This document shows, piece after piece, positions 51,101 through 55,900 of a stretch of 57,016 nt of DNA. Position 1 is the stretch's first letter; the number at the start of each line of letters is the position of its first letter. The position numbers were made by a program, and so were the translations under genes. This DNA is from an uncultured bacterium. Its GTDB lineage: Bacteria > Omnitrophota > Omnitrophia > Omnitrophales > Aquincolibacteriaceae. The notes beneath the pieces were generated by a model. The model saw only the letters and a list, made by a program, of their open reading frames with translations. It searched no databases and had not been told where the DNA came from. The stretch covers positions 1-57,016 of the forward strand of contig CAYRBY010000003.1 of assembly GCA_964422635.1 (NCBI GenBank), written 5' to 3'.

Positions 51101-52802
51101 CGCGGTCAATCTCTCCAACGCGGGGCATCACAGAGGCAAAGGACAACTTTCTTTCTCTCAGGACATCCTGAATTCCCTGAGAGTGAAACCCTCCGCTGAC
51201 AATCACAAGAACAGGCCGCGAATCCGGGGTTTCTTTTTTCGAAAACACTTCGCGGCCAGGCTTGTTCATTTCCTCCCGCACAAAGCTCAGGGCATTTGAA
51301 ACCAAAGCTTCGTCACGCTCCCGGGCCTGCTGGTAAAAGAAAAATGCACGCCGGGTCAGCTCGGTCAATTTCGCAAGATCATCTTGATCTAAAACACCTT
51401 TGAGCAGCACCTCAAGATCCGGCTTTTGAGAATCCAGGAGCTCAAACTCCTGACGCGTCATCTCAAGATACAAAAGTTTCTGGAGGCGCTCATAATTGCG
51501 CACCCTCTCGACCCATTCCTTTTCTGCCGGGCCTGCAGCCAAGCTGTTGAGAATACCGTTTTCAAGCCGGTCCATTTCATCGAACAACCCTTGGACATCC
51601 AGTTCAGACTGAAAAACAACAGCCTTCATGGCAGACTTAAAAGACTGGGCTGTCTTTTCGTCTGCGGCTTTAAAGATCCCCTTGATCTCAAGTTCTTCGA
51701 GAATCCGTCTTGGAGAAAGTTCCTGCTTTTCAGCAGCTGGGTATCTCGATAGATCTTCTGCACTTAAAAAACCCTGGCGGTTCGCCAGATCTACCAGCGC
51801 AGAAAGAATTTCTTTGTTCTGAGATGAGCTCGAAAGAATATTCAGGATCTGCTTCCAGCTTTGAACAACTGCTTCGCTGCGAAGATTCGCTTTTACTTTC
51901 TTGAGTTGAAGCAATCTTGCAAAGTTGGGGAATCGCAGCTGCTCTATAGTGTCATCCAGATCGACATGCAAAGTCTGAAGGCTTTGGGCCTTGAGAGCAT
52001 CTGCGTAAACGCTCAAATCGCCGCTGCCTGCGTCTTTCCGGCGTATTCCAAATTGCCCATGCCTGCGCTTTTCCCGCTCCTTATAGAATCGCACCAGTTC
52101 AGGATTCAGTGTCTGCGTCATCGCGCTTTGCAGAGCCTCTTTGCCCTTTTCAAGGACCTCGGATACCCAGGGACGGACATTAAGCAAAGTCCGGTATGAT
52201 TCTAAATTCTCGCGGTAAAGCGGTGTTGTCTCCACCCCTTGAATTTTTACAGCTCGTAAGGTTCCAGTCTCCCGTGTCTCTGTTTGCTTCTGATACTGAG
52301 ACCACGCAAAAAGTTCAACCCCGGAGACTTCCCCCTTTTCGAACAAATCCTGGACAACTGCTTCGCCGGCGGCGGAAAGCTCCGGGAAAAAGTCAAAATA
52401 CTCAGGATGCAAATTGCCGCGGGCACCTTCTACAGCGATATAAAGATCAGAGTTGCGGGCTGCTTGGTTTTCAGCGAGAAACGTAAGGATTTCCTGAATG
52501 TGTTTTTGAGCATCGGGGTTAGCGTGAGCATCTTGGAGATGAATGACCCTGGGAGTTTCCGCACTTCCAGCTCCCTCTTCAATACTCTGAACAGCGCCCG
52601 CTGTTTCAGGCAGATTCTTGAGAAGTGCTGACAAAGCCCCTTTTTCTTCATAGGCAGGGCTGCGCGAAACCGCTGCGGGCATATCACCGGCATACGCTTG
52701 ACGGACAGTCCCCGGCCCCGTTGTCTCAGAACAGAGAAAGACAATGAGCAAAGGCCAAGCAATGAGCCGGGCCCACCCGGTTTTGATTTTGAACAAATTC
52801 AT
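39135..52802 (-). CDS. giant modular protein (4,555 aa) with eight RSELR-marked module junctions
   Basis: Single uninterrupted frame. The ATG at 52802 is preceded by GGAG. See the sub-features for modules. Confidence 0.9.
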   Translation of the reverse strand: MNLFKIKTGWARLIAWPLLIVFLCSETTGPGTVRQAYAGDMPAAVSRSPAYEEKGALSALLKNLPETAGAVQSIEEGAGSAETPRVIHLQDAHANPDAQKHIQEILTFLAENQAARNSDLYIAVEGARGNLHPEYFDFFPELSAAGEAVVQDLFEKGEVSGVELFAWSQYQKQTETRETGTLRAVKIQGVETTPLYRENLESYRTLLNVRPWVSEVLEKGKEALQSAMTQTLNPELVRFYKEREKRRHGQFGIRRKDAGSGDLSVYADALKAQSLQTLHVDLDDTIEQLRFPNFARLLQLKKVKANLRSEAVVQSWKQILNILSSSSQNKEILSALVDLANRQGFLSAEDLSRYPAAEKQELSPRRILEELEIKGIFKAADEKTAQSFKSAMKAVVFQSELDVQGLFDEMDRLENGILNSLAAGPAEKEWVERVRNYERLQKLLYLEMTRQEFELLDSQKPDLEVLLKGVLDQDDLAKLTELTRRAFFFYQQARERDEALVSNALSFVREEMNKPGREVFSKKETPDSRPVLVIVSGGFHSQGIQDVLRERKLSFASVMPRVGEIDRGERYARVMGGENADLKIYFKNANPFLTKQEALLFKEAVEVALPLWMKEKGLTSDSLNGVRAAFKSHPVLSQVLDVEVPETASSPALTFSAKPNLEALLPNNSTISAVLSSSDIGFSRAVEGRRPDSASSEFKWKPSAVSLPDSAKVPQQTQAGALPRSELRATDSAGLSLEEQAFAQQNIQAMYNAVENSEGPDIVIVVSAQESERRYWKQRLESMRGQVIGKDTTVFSVLESYGAGSPPGNGLGSLLAYQSARQESKEQAGISWKSLMDKVRREKGREATIAIYHTAGFGSRVWPITGSEYGSKSRITMPRYLNKEGSQVPMTLLESTIFQSAIFAKNRPGRVMVFWGDQVFVPTVPLQELQSPSDSPVEILALVGQFPYEDIINKYGLIALEAQGPGVWTAARLMQKPKTVQEAQEFIAAHSQVSGMGKSLGSFTVDRRFWDSMMRSYRQELSEENPLEQSKNRADTDGDWWIPLTRLEFVLKNAAADVSQFKNAESLKKFLAKERLDQPEFTERVLSLYLSSRKNSSQPFMKVINAGAKSLWWDFGNVGIEEGTTEGIFRRNILVLLQDTAEGRLARQFWGVPELFTGTLPGTQVEVQNSIITASEVLPGSTGVIKNSVVSGMRGAFNLEVSDSFLYGITNESTSPQAPLMVKSEHGIAYQLKLSAPLVISSGHILAGVPVLGEDVVLRTTESSDAKLLWRRAMYENLLAFGSAAYLIRLAEDNRSAQIAGVSISDLQYRGFFEHQGMQHAVIAGRDASDQPVIAVLHVSSIDQITDAELHEAILSPGIEGAIFSGKLYDSSREILLLTYAARSELRSVETDSFRSELQTLLTGVFDETALKQQFLKLVYEKLSPEKSAQAASVFQAIRADKLPYEYAQFFEGMIQARIQASGQSSFRAYLEENLSAKPAEISAFAADVLRAFSKTADFGRATTAFFRFDQIATIKFLDQLIEEKMRAGDKAVTLKSIGVSSGEEPYTLGMIVYYGLKKYYESHHQEILSKEGIGSFQVWAESWNVSIEAYDYDLANLVLVQNGFFDFLYDNPSGTFGYGDEDSYLTEPWLYSKDSRTGDLEPAETWRKSPETENGVSFPFRSRLREVLRPGQKVGLKFSAIDLLKKWMKPVYVDLRGPADAEILSLTKANASIVSYLRGSAYLDPKDEYVIQAVEKSRDTFYSSLALAGSANVKPAQRSELRTSTETESLDRAFLNAIGKLDIETSEDVKTLKLLVRRISEGDFTWKLPAEKRAKVAGLAEITENSELLDTFQNVLGDPEILSTFREAVSLDDSGDIRFDPAAQTLSYTPGYALAVQSDIDDALRTFETGSYVDVQGAMTKLLRQVDLGFAEEVRTSLKQSSVREFERWRILIEVFDKEMGIRSELRSSEKPYSEAIQFTSRPVVTVSGDSAKVEITFRTDAATLEKSEMFFHWGEYTQGPLDWTDHEILNWDIEDLGGGIYKASKVIQPGRIGEFGVTAYAQNRETGERVWQGKNRSDDAVMRIDLPPKTVLEDLRRNLKKQEAIQEIRQSLIDANPYDSFLSTIHRLVTEEEMRGMGKIVYEAVKDVPRFREALSKIHTRLKEDSKVWNPFFKERALPALHALETLGIGEIVFVAPEGPHAIAGGLAKVIEGLAKALSESGVSVTVITPLYEDNQGKKHESASALIEKGFMTESGERVPIKADPVAEIGMTFGPMYDSGTHMTGLTDEKIRTFQRTVQSRVYEAKAEGVRYLFLRHPRLADKLYAKVPSSEELRRAVFLSRAALEVVQNRALGVDPQLIISNDWVTGLIPTFLQRDPRYSQDPLLKDVGTVHMIHNYGRDYQGRIFTNQYGLDLWPLLGLNHDFYKDVADPNDDRFLNITSSAMEHVNRSILTVSRPYAEQMLTREAGEGLDNILNPLKDILFGISNGIDEASARKTFWKKGEEARKALELPPLMDAYSDEEFLKNLWDYKNSALVKTQKDFGFTENPNAIFLSMIGRVAEQKGIQLLTETEDGVTVLESLLKMNPEVQIFLGGPVAEGDGTAERLRDLTRELEGRYPGRIRGEYTFIPGATTLQVMLASRFFLMPSRYEPGGITQLESLASGTPVVARNVGGIAATLINYFDHPDHGNGFLFTDFTGAALRGTLAAAFDAAARDPSLLKTLSNRAANAQNDWHDRIPQYLSLLQLGAGVIRPSEAAFTTDYAYLTDRIDTLNNLRPRNRSELRSEEDNPYKSEENVTRGFAQVDEMHGGRIRASLNRRIAAGDKPRVLLIGIGRGVAPADMLREYGDKIELYSTAKEDLLFSPEQLASFWEGKVSAAETEAIIKTIRDRYVISNAEKDLGAFDSQSFDVIIITQTVMQYIENKPRLVDRLSAKLALKGEFMTDFDIFSIKDSVTGKSVDVKSFFESLGPNYEIYGITLEGKQAPTSLLAGLHFTRSFEQINEIPLDATANSNVYHSRRSELRAEEQPNPYGLEENVIRNFAFLDEMHGGRVTKAITDRIASGQKPRVLLLGVGRGVVPAELIRTYGDQAEIYSGAFEDLLFSNEGLSQILGIDTGEAGTIMVSVRQRFALMDLEQNLGAFENESFDVIVMTQAVMEYMRNIPGTVGMLSRHLKVGGELITDLDIMSIKDEQQKKVDIKSFFESLSPDYEIYGITINGKQVPHSFFAGLRFTRRAEGLPEIPLNPTKSSKAYTVRSELRSEETKSPQNVRLNGVSPEMLKVEAGELVFWRPSQRQMNTSLKRPYDDDKVVVQKIHNELETLDTLWMQVMGELQEKGYLPQALDVVELMIRRAMDLIRTQEIKAEIALRTVKDEMLAAAKEESGDDLDLTMASGIVDKRLLPALENREELVYVESGLDEEERKKLFINRERDQVLVKVFEIILRLPYGLHISPEDYGEDEKDRVKQLIDLERKIATGRRVMLISDLLPDILKIVEQGKRAQFAINQVIKNKIEPGLDRLKKMVEDSRKRGGDTLVGSRLIKVFEEQRSLLEGIRDEFDTYDFIYDSSDLQAERDRKKQAELERFEAVYKDTLNFFPAPSERLRTFIAEFRTQVMYEIRERGRTLDYGTAKFFSQKGSEQYRDLPDEQLDFLMRFYNVSQYGIVKRGGDKNLIVFAEKIRHEADFSELMMRNKGRGKVVSIATLKRFAPDDAAGRVPHWFIFSKDQGIVPIEALDFEDRKMDFRELKEGDFVLVDGKKGIAVVNPSAEAQRDMIERGKVYKYLDAYFLPRVSLPALVNGRPFYFWADESRLDYLKRDGDQPRFQKFGARGIGLLRLEQLMGEMDRAGIEFDEMRLSLAIEEMLLPFSDPEAPLTVRLYDVQGDKRPKFFVQGKTEEQIESILKTHSNIRFYLDERGEFRNQREFGKMQIKAIYRAYLRARKDNLQILLPNLLKVEEVGALKKLFEEARKELIRELEEEALVQTEAAVVRRHGWVTDIDALEAEGLEKGLDWFRKQLLSKAEMKPHEELFGKESDADFSKVAGSDFGDKITQRLSKIRFGYMFEEVSAVEQRMDIMKAVLEQHQDSEAKPFFGIGTNDLQKSVLESRDEGSDEMNKLHPGLVKAIADLEGSARELGLHLTVEGQWGGSARMLFAAMALEIYHGRKMQLVAPTNKIPELLEMIRMTDSQDLEHVFDLGTSYKPASMKMLIDRMEAGDLPELDEMNLVATMLQDRIEAKIVASADFQRFRTLKERQELVGRSELRLAATPDISSTQEWKRTLSETVSPRFALRSPGLFGPDVQASVVNVSRDLGGVYASKQIADRLPAQVAVDDDREGAAELPREQAAQRWVERQVMDDAGLFERAGVSDPALQKMMSEISGLPVRSPEDQGAAGLSAVVHVQMPKVPENLAGFLPVLAVVASVNGALHLNMASLNEEGAGKFEKQILSLAAGKGIQLKRGQLQVRGGMGASVFATVPHSKLAAAEHHALLGEEDVFSSFPKRRGLNLFSLDPAAMSDPGLFASTVITVLQAMALGKQPEDYFHVLNPRSLFPQNFQAVVQAVSTYLAAQARIAAAA
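39138..40073 (-). other. C-terminal tail domain shared by the three large proteins (aa 4244-4555)
   Basis: Starts RSELR-LAATPD. Ends ...VLQAMALGKQPEDYFHVLNPRSLFPQNFQAVVQAVSTYLAAQARIAAAA, which aligns by eye with the tails at 10798-11859 and 52961-53857. Confidence 0.6.
40074..40088 (-). other. RSELR junction motif (4,555-aa protein, copy 8, aa 4239-4243)
   Basis: Coding strand cgt tcg gag ctt cgc. Context ELVG-RSELR-LAATPD. Confidence 0.95.
40089..43076 (-). other. PEP-utilizing-enzyme-like module (aa 3243-4238; Enzyme I / PPDK / PEP synthase family)
   Basis: Swivel-domain-like GDFVLVDGKKGIAVVNPS. TIM-barrel motifs FGARGIGLLRLEQLM and FFGIGTNDLQKSV. I could not find the canonical phospho-His motif (G-G-x-T-S-H) or the catalytic Cys context. 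Confidence 0.55.
43077..43091 (-). other. RSELR junction motif (4,555-aa protein, copy 7, aa 3238-3242)
   Basis: Coding strand cgc tcc gag ctg cga. Context AYTV-RSELR-SEETKSPQ. Confidence 0.95.
43092..43784 (-). other. class-I methyltransferase-like module, second copy (aa 3007-3237)
   Basis: PRVLLLGVGRGVVPAEL (a GxGxG-type motif I) and FDVIVMTQAVMEYM. This is a paralogue of the preceding module. Confidence 0.45.
43785..43799 (-). other. RSELR junction motif (4,555-aa protein, copy 6, aa 3002-3006)
   Basis: Coding strand cgt tct gaa ttg cgg. Context YHSR-RSELR-AEEQPNPY. Confidence 0.95.
43800..44501 (-). other. class-I methyltransferase-like module, first copy (aa 2768-3001)
   Basis: PRVLLIGIGRGVAPADM and FDVIIITQTVMQYI. 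It begins SEEDNPY...EENV.R.FA..DEMHGGR, as its paralogue does. Confidence 0.45.
44502..44516 (-). other. RSELR junction motif (4,555-aa protein, copy 5, aa 2763-2767)
   Basis: Coding strand cgc tcg gaa ttg aga. Context RPRN-RSELR-SEEDNPY. Confidence 0.95.
44517..46958 (-). other. glycogen/starch-synthase-like GT5 module with an N-terminal beta-sandwich-like region (aa 1949-2762)
   Basis: IVFVAPEGPHAIAGGLAKVIEGLAKALSESGVSVTVITPLYE (the GlgA KxGGL-type motif region), SMIGRVAEQKGIQLL, and PSRYEPGGITQLESLASGTPVVARNVGGI. The N-terminal ~120 aa (EITFRTD...MFFHWGEY...IYKASKV) resemble a carbohydrate-binding-type sandwich, with low confidence. Confidence 0.7.
46959..46973 (-). other. RSELR junction motif (4,555-aa protein, copy 4, aa 1944-1948)
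   Basis: Coding strand cgc tca gag ctg cgc. Context EMGI-RSELR-SSEKPY. Confidence 0.95.
46974..47513 (-). other. small module of unknown function (aa 1764-1943)
   Basis: Bounded by RSELR copies 3 and 4. I recognise no motif. Confidence 0.4.
47514..47528 (-). other. RSELR junction motif (4,555-aa protein, copy 3, aa 1759-1763)
   Basis: Coding strand cgt tcg gag ctc aga. Context KPAQ-RSELR-TSTETE. Confidence 0.95.
47529..48641 (-). other. CheR-like SAM-dependent methyltransferase module (aa 1388-1758)
   Basis: LKSIGVSSGEEPYTLGMIVY matches the CheR-type xGCSxGEEPYSxAM motif. It is followed by SIEAYDYDLANLVLVQNGFF, compare atDid...l..A..G.Y. Confidence 0.55.
48642..48656 (-). other. RSELR junction motif (4,555-aa protein, copy 2, aa 1383-1387)
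   Basis: Coding strand cgt tcg gaa ctc cgg. Context TYAA-RSELR-SVETDS. A degenerate echo, RSELQ, lies 8 aa downstream. Confidence 0.95.
48657..50618 (-). other. NDP-sugar pyrophosphorylase-like module (fucokinase / GDP-fucose pyrophosphorylase N-domain-like) plus beta-helix-like region (aa 729-1382)
   Basis: DIVIVVSAQESERRYWKQRL...GNGLGSLLAY and IYHTAGFGSRVWPITGSEYGSKSRITMP resemble the motifs I recall for that family (IVLTA..Y..QL ... GSGGATL ... HsGG.SkRlP). WWDFGNVG is followed by short repeats such as VQNSIITASEVLPGSTGVIKNSVVSG. Confidence 0.4.
50619..50633 (-). other. RSELR junction motif (4,555-aa protein, copy 1, aa 724-728)
   Basis: Coding strand cgt tca gag ctg aga. Context GALP-RSELR-ATDSAG. 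Confidence 0.95.
50634..52802 (-). other. signal/anchor plus N-terminal domain shared with the 3,019-aa protein (aa 1-723)
   Basis: Hydrophobic N-terminus WARLIAWPLLIVFLCSE with an AYA-G site. IHLQDAHANPDAQKHIQEILTFLAEN (QDAH at nt 52524-52535), VEGARG, and VIVSGGFHSQGIQDVLRERKLSFASVMPRV (GGFH at nt 51183-51194). Confidence 0.7.
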
Positions 52803-52855
52803 ATCGCTCCGCGATGGTTTTACGCGTGTTGGGGCCTTTTTAAAAGTCTTACAGA

Positions 52856-52884
52856 AAGATACCCTACGAAACGGCTTGGGTCAA
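52856..52884 (-). promoter_or_regulatory. candidate sigma70-type promoter in the gap between the two large ORFs
   Basis: The minus strand reads TTGACC-17 nt-TATCTT, about 55 nt upstream of the 4,555-aa ORF start. A second candidate, TTGCAA-17-TATGTT, lies further upstream. These are sequence matches only. Confidence 0.25.
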
Positions 52885-52957
52885 ACCAGGGGGGAAACTT
52901 TATCTGCTTAAAACATAAGGGGTTGTAAAAAACTTTGCAATCCGGAAAAGACGTCTT

Positions 52958-55900
52958 TTAAGCTTGGGTCGCCAGATGGTTGATCACCTGAATCATCCGG
53001 GAAACATTCTCAACAAGTTCATCCAGATTAATATCGAATTTTTTAAGAAGATCGTCCATTCGAACAACATCATATTGATCACTCAGCTGCCGCAAAAGCG
53101 CTGAGGCCACAAGAATAGCCGTATTTCGATCCAGGCGCTCGTTAAAAATTCTCTGCATACGCGGAATATAGCCGAGCTTGTCCAGCCAATCCATGCGTTC
53201 GCCTACAACAGCCGAATCCAGCTCCTTGTTTTCAGAGTAGAGCTGCTTCACGGCCCGGACGTAACTGGCAGGGCTTCCATCTGTAGATACGAACTTGAAT
53301 TGTTCGATCACCCTGGAAGCAGAAATCTTGAGCTCGTCCTGACGGGCAGCGACGCGTGAGGCCTGAGACCTGGCCTGCTGAGGCGAACCATTCACAAGAA
53401 AAGCAAAAAGGTTTCCTCTGTCTGCTGCCGCCAAAACAACAGCTACGCGGAAAAGTTCATCACTGGATTGATCCTGCTCTAAAGGCAGGACAATCTGGCC
53501 CGGAGTTTTTGCGTGATCCAGGAGCCAGCTATATTTTCCCAAAGCAGCGCGGGCCTCTTTGAGAACGACGGGTTCCTCTTCAGCAGTCTCTGGCGGAGAG
53601 GAAAGCCTCAGGCGAACGTATTCCAAAGAAGCAGGATCTTCCGAACGGATCAGTTCATCGGAGACAAACGCTGCAGCAACCGCTCCAGCCACCTGATCTT
53701 TAGGGATAAAATCAGGGTGATGTTCCAAGAATTGCCCCACATCAACCGACTCAGGAGCCGGAAGAGATAAGACTTTTGCGTGGAAATCTGCAGTCGTTGC
53801 CGGATTGACTCCATCGGCCTGAACAAGACTTTCAAAGACAGAACTTGTTTCTGCGAGCCGAAGCTCCGAACGGATCGAACCCAAAGGAGGTGTCCGGCGT
53901 CCGGGGCCGATAAGATTAATATTTAAATCTGCTGTCAGCTTGGGCGCCCGGGAATAGAGCGTGTTCCGGGTATCAATCAAGAGCTGCCCTGAAAATTTTG
54001 CATAATCCAGCTTTTTGTATTCATCCCAATCCGTAATCAGAAGGGCGGCATCTGCAGGCTTGCTGCCGGCAGGAGTTTCATAAGACAGAGCCTCTTCAGC
54101 TTGATTGACAAACACAACTCTGTTTGTCGCTTCATATCTTTCCTTGAAAAATATTTCACGGAAGTAAAACTCTTTGATAACCGAAAGATCCAGACGCTTA
54201 TCTCTGAGCAGATTTTGAAAAGATTGAATCAGGGGGCGGGTCAAAAACTGCGCACTCTGGTCATCCTCCCACGGATCCTTCGGGCTGCGCGCATCAAAAT
54301 AGTTTCCGTAGCTTTTCCGAAAAGCCTCTTCACTAAGAGTCAGTTTATGGTCCGCAACCATTCTTTCCCTTAATTGCCTTTGAAAAACCGGATTAAAACG
54401 AAGGCGGGCAAATAGCTGCCGCTGCGCCGATTGGTCCTCTAAAGCACCCGATTTCAGATAGCCATCAAAGGCCTTTTCAAAATCGCCGTCATACTTGAAG
54501 TGCTTATAAAGTTCGCCAAGATAATTTGAGATAATCGCCTCTTTGCGCGGCGCGTCGGGTGTTCTGAAAATAGGGTCATCAATTCTGACCTGCTGGACTT
54601 CAAGTTTTAGAAGTTCATAAAGTACATGCGCACTCGGCGCTTCTCTCATATCGTCTGTTTCAGCTTTAAAGGCCATTCCAAGAAGCGCGATCACCTTGCC
54701 CTGGAGAATCGCTTTGGTTCCAATCGCCTTGGCGCCGCGGAGCTGCTCAATAAGCCTCTTAACATCCGCTGTTTTAAAATATTGATTCAATTGGTCCGCA
54801 AGAACAATCATGAGAAGCGAACGGCCTGCTTGTTCGTCTGAAAGATAATTCACGGCGCGGACGTCCTTAGGGAAACAGGAACCGCCGTAACCGCAGCCCT
54901 CATTCAGGAAGGCGTTGCCGCCGACCCGTTGATCTTTCCGCAGGCGGGGAGCAATCTCACGGAAGTTCGAGCCCTCGATTTCAAGAGCAGCATCCTGCGC
55001 CATCACATTTGCAGTTGTAATGGAAACAGCCAGAAAAGCGTTCGCAGCGTACTTGATCAATGTGGATGTGGCAGTATCAGTCAACAGAACCGTGTGCGGG
55101 GTGCGCAGCATGAGCGGGTACCAAAGCTCCAACAGGTCTTTCTCGACCCGTTTCCGGGCCTCCGGAGGCATAGACGAATAAAAGCCCAAAACGGTCCGGT
55201 CAAGATCGGTCGTAATATCTTTAATGGCCTGACCTTCTCTTAAAAATTCAGGGTTACTGACGAACCCGTAGTCAATCCCGGGCTTAAGCCCAAACTCTTG
55301 CTCCAGGATTTTAACAGCATCTTCAAAAACCCTCGGCGTAACCGTCGATTTAATTACGATTGTCTTGAAGGCCGCTTCCCTTCCGGACTCAGCGGCCTGC
55401 CGCTTGATAATCGCCGCGATATCACGCATGGCTCCGTTAATATAAGAGGGGTCTTGGGCACCGTTGTCTTGCTGGGGTGTCCCGACGGCCAGATAAACGA
55501 TGCTCGCTTCGCGAACACCTTTTTCGTATTCTTCAGGCGATGCCTGAAACCGAATCCTTCCTGACTCCTTACCTTTGATAATCAGATCGCGCAATCCGGG
55601 CTCATGAATAGGGACTTCCGTCGCTTGCGAGTTAAGCGCATCCATGGCCCGCTTTCTCTGCGGAATGTCCAAAACAGTGACATCATTTCCAAGATCCGCA
55701 AGATTCGCGCCCGTAGTCAGACCCACATAGCCTCCGCCGATCACAGCAACCCTTTTCTGAGTGACTGGAACAGCCTTCGCCTCACGCTGATCCAGTTCAG
55801 GCGTTCCAAAGATGTCTTCCAGTTTCTTCTTGCGCGCGTCATCGGTTTCCAAAGATAAAAGATATGCCTCATATTCTCCAATGGCTTTTGCCGCAAGCTG

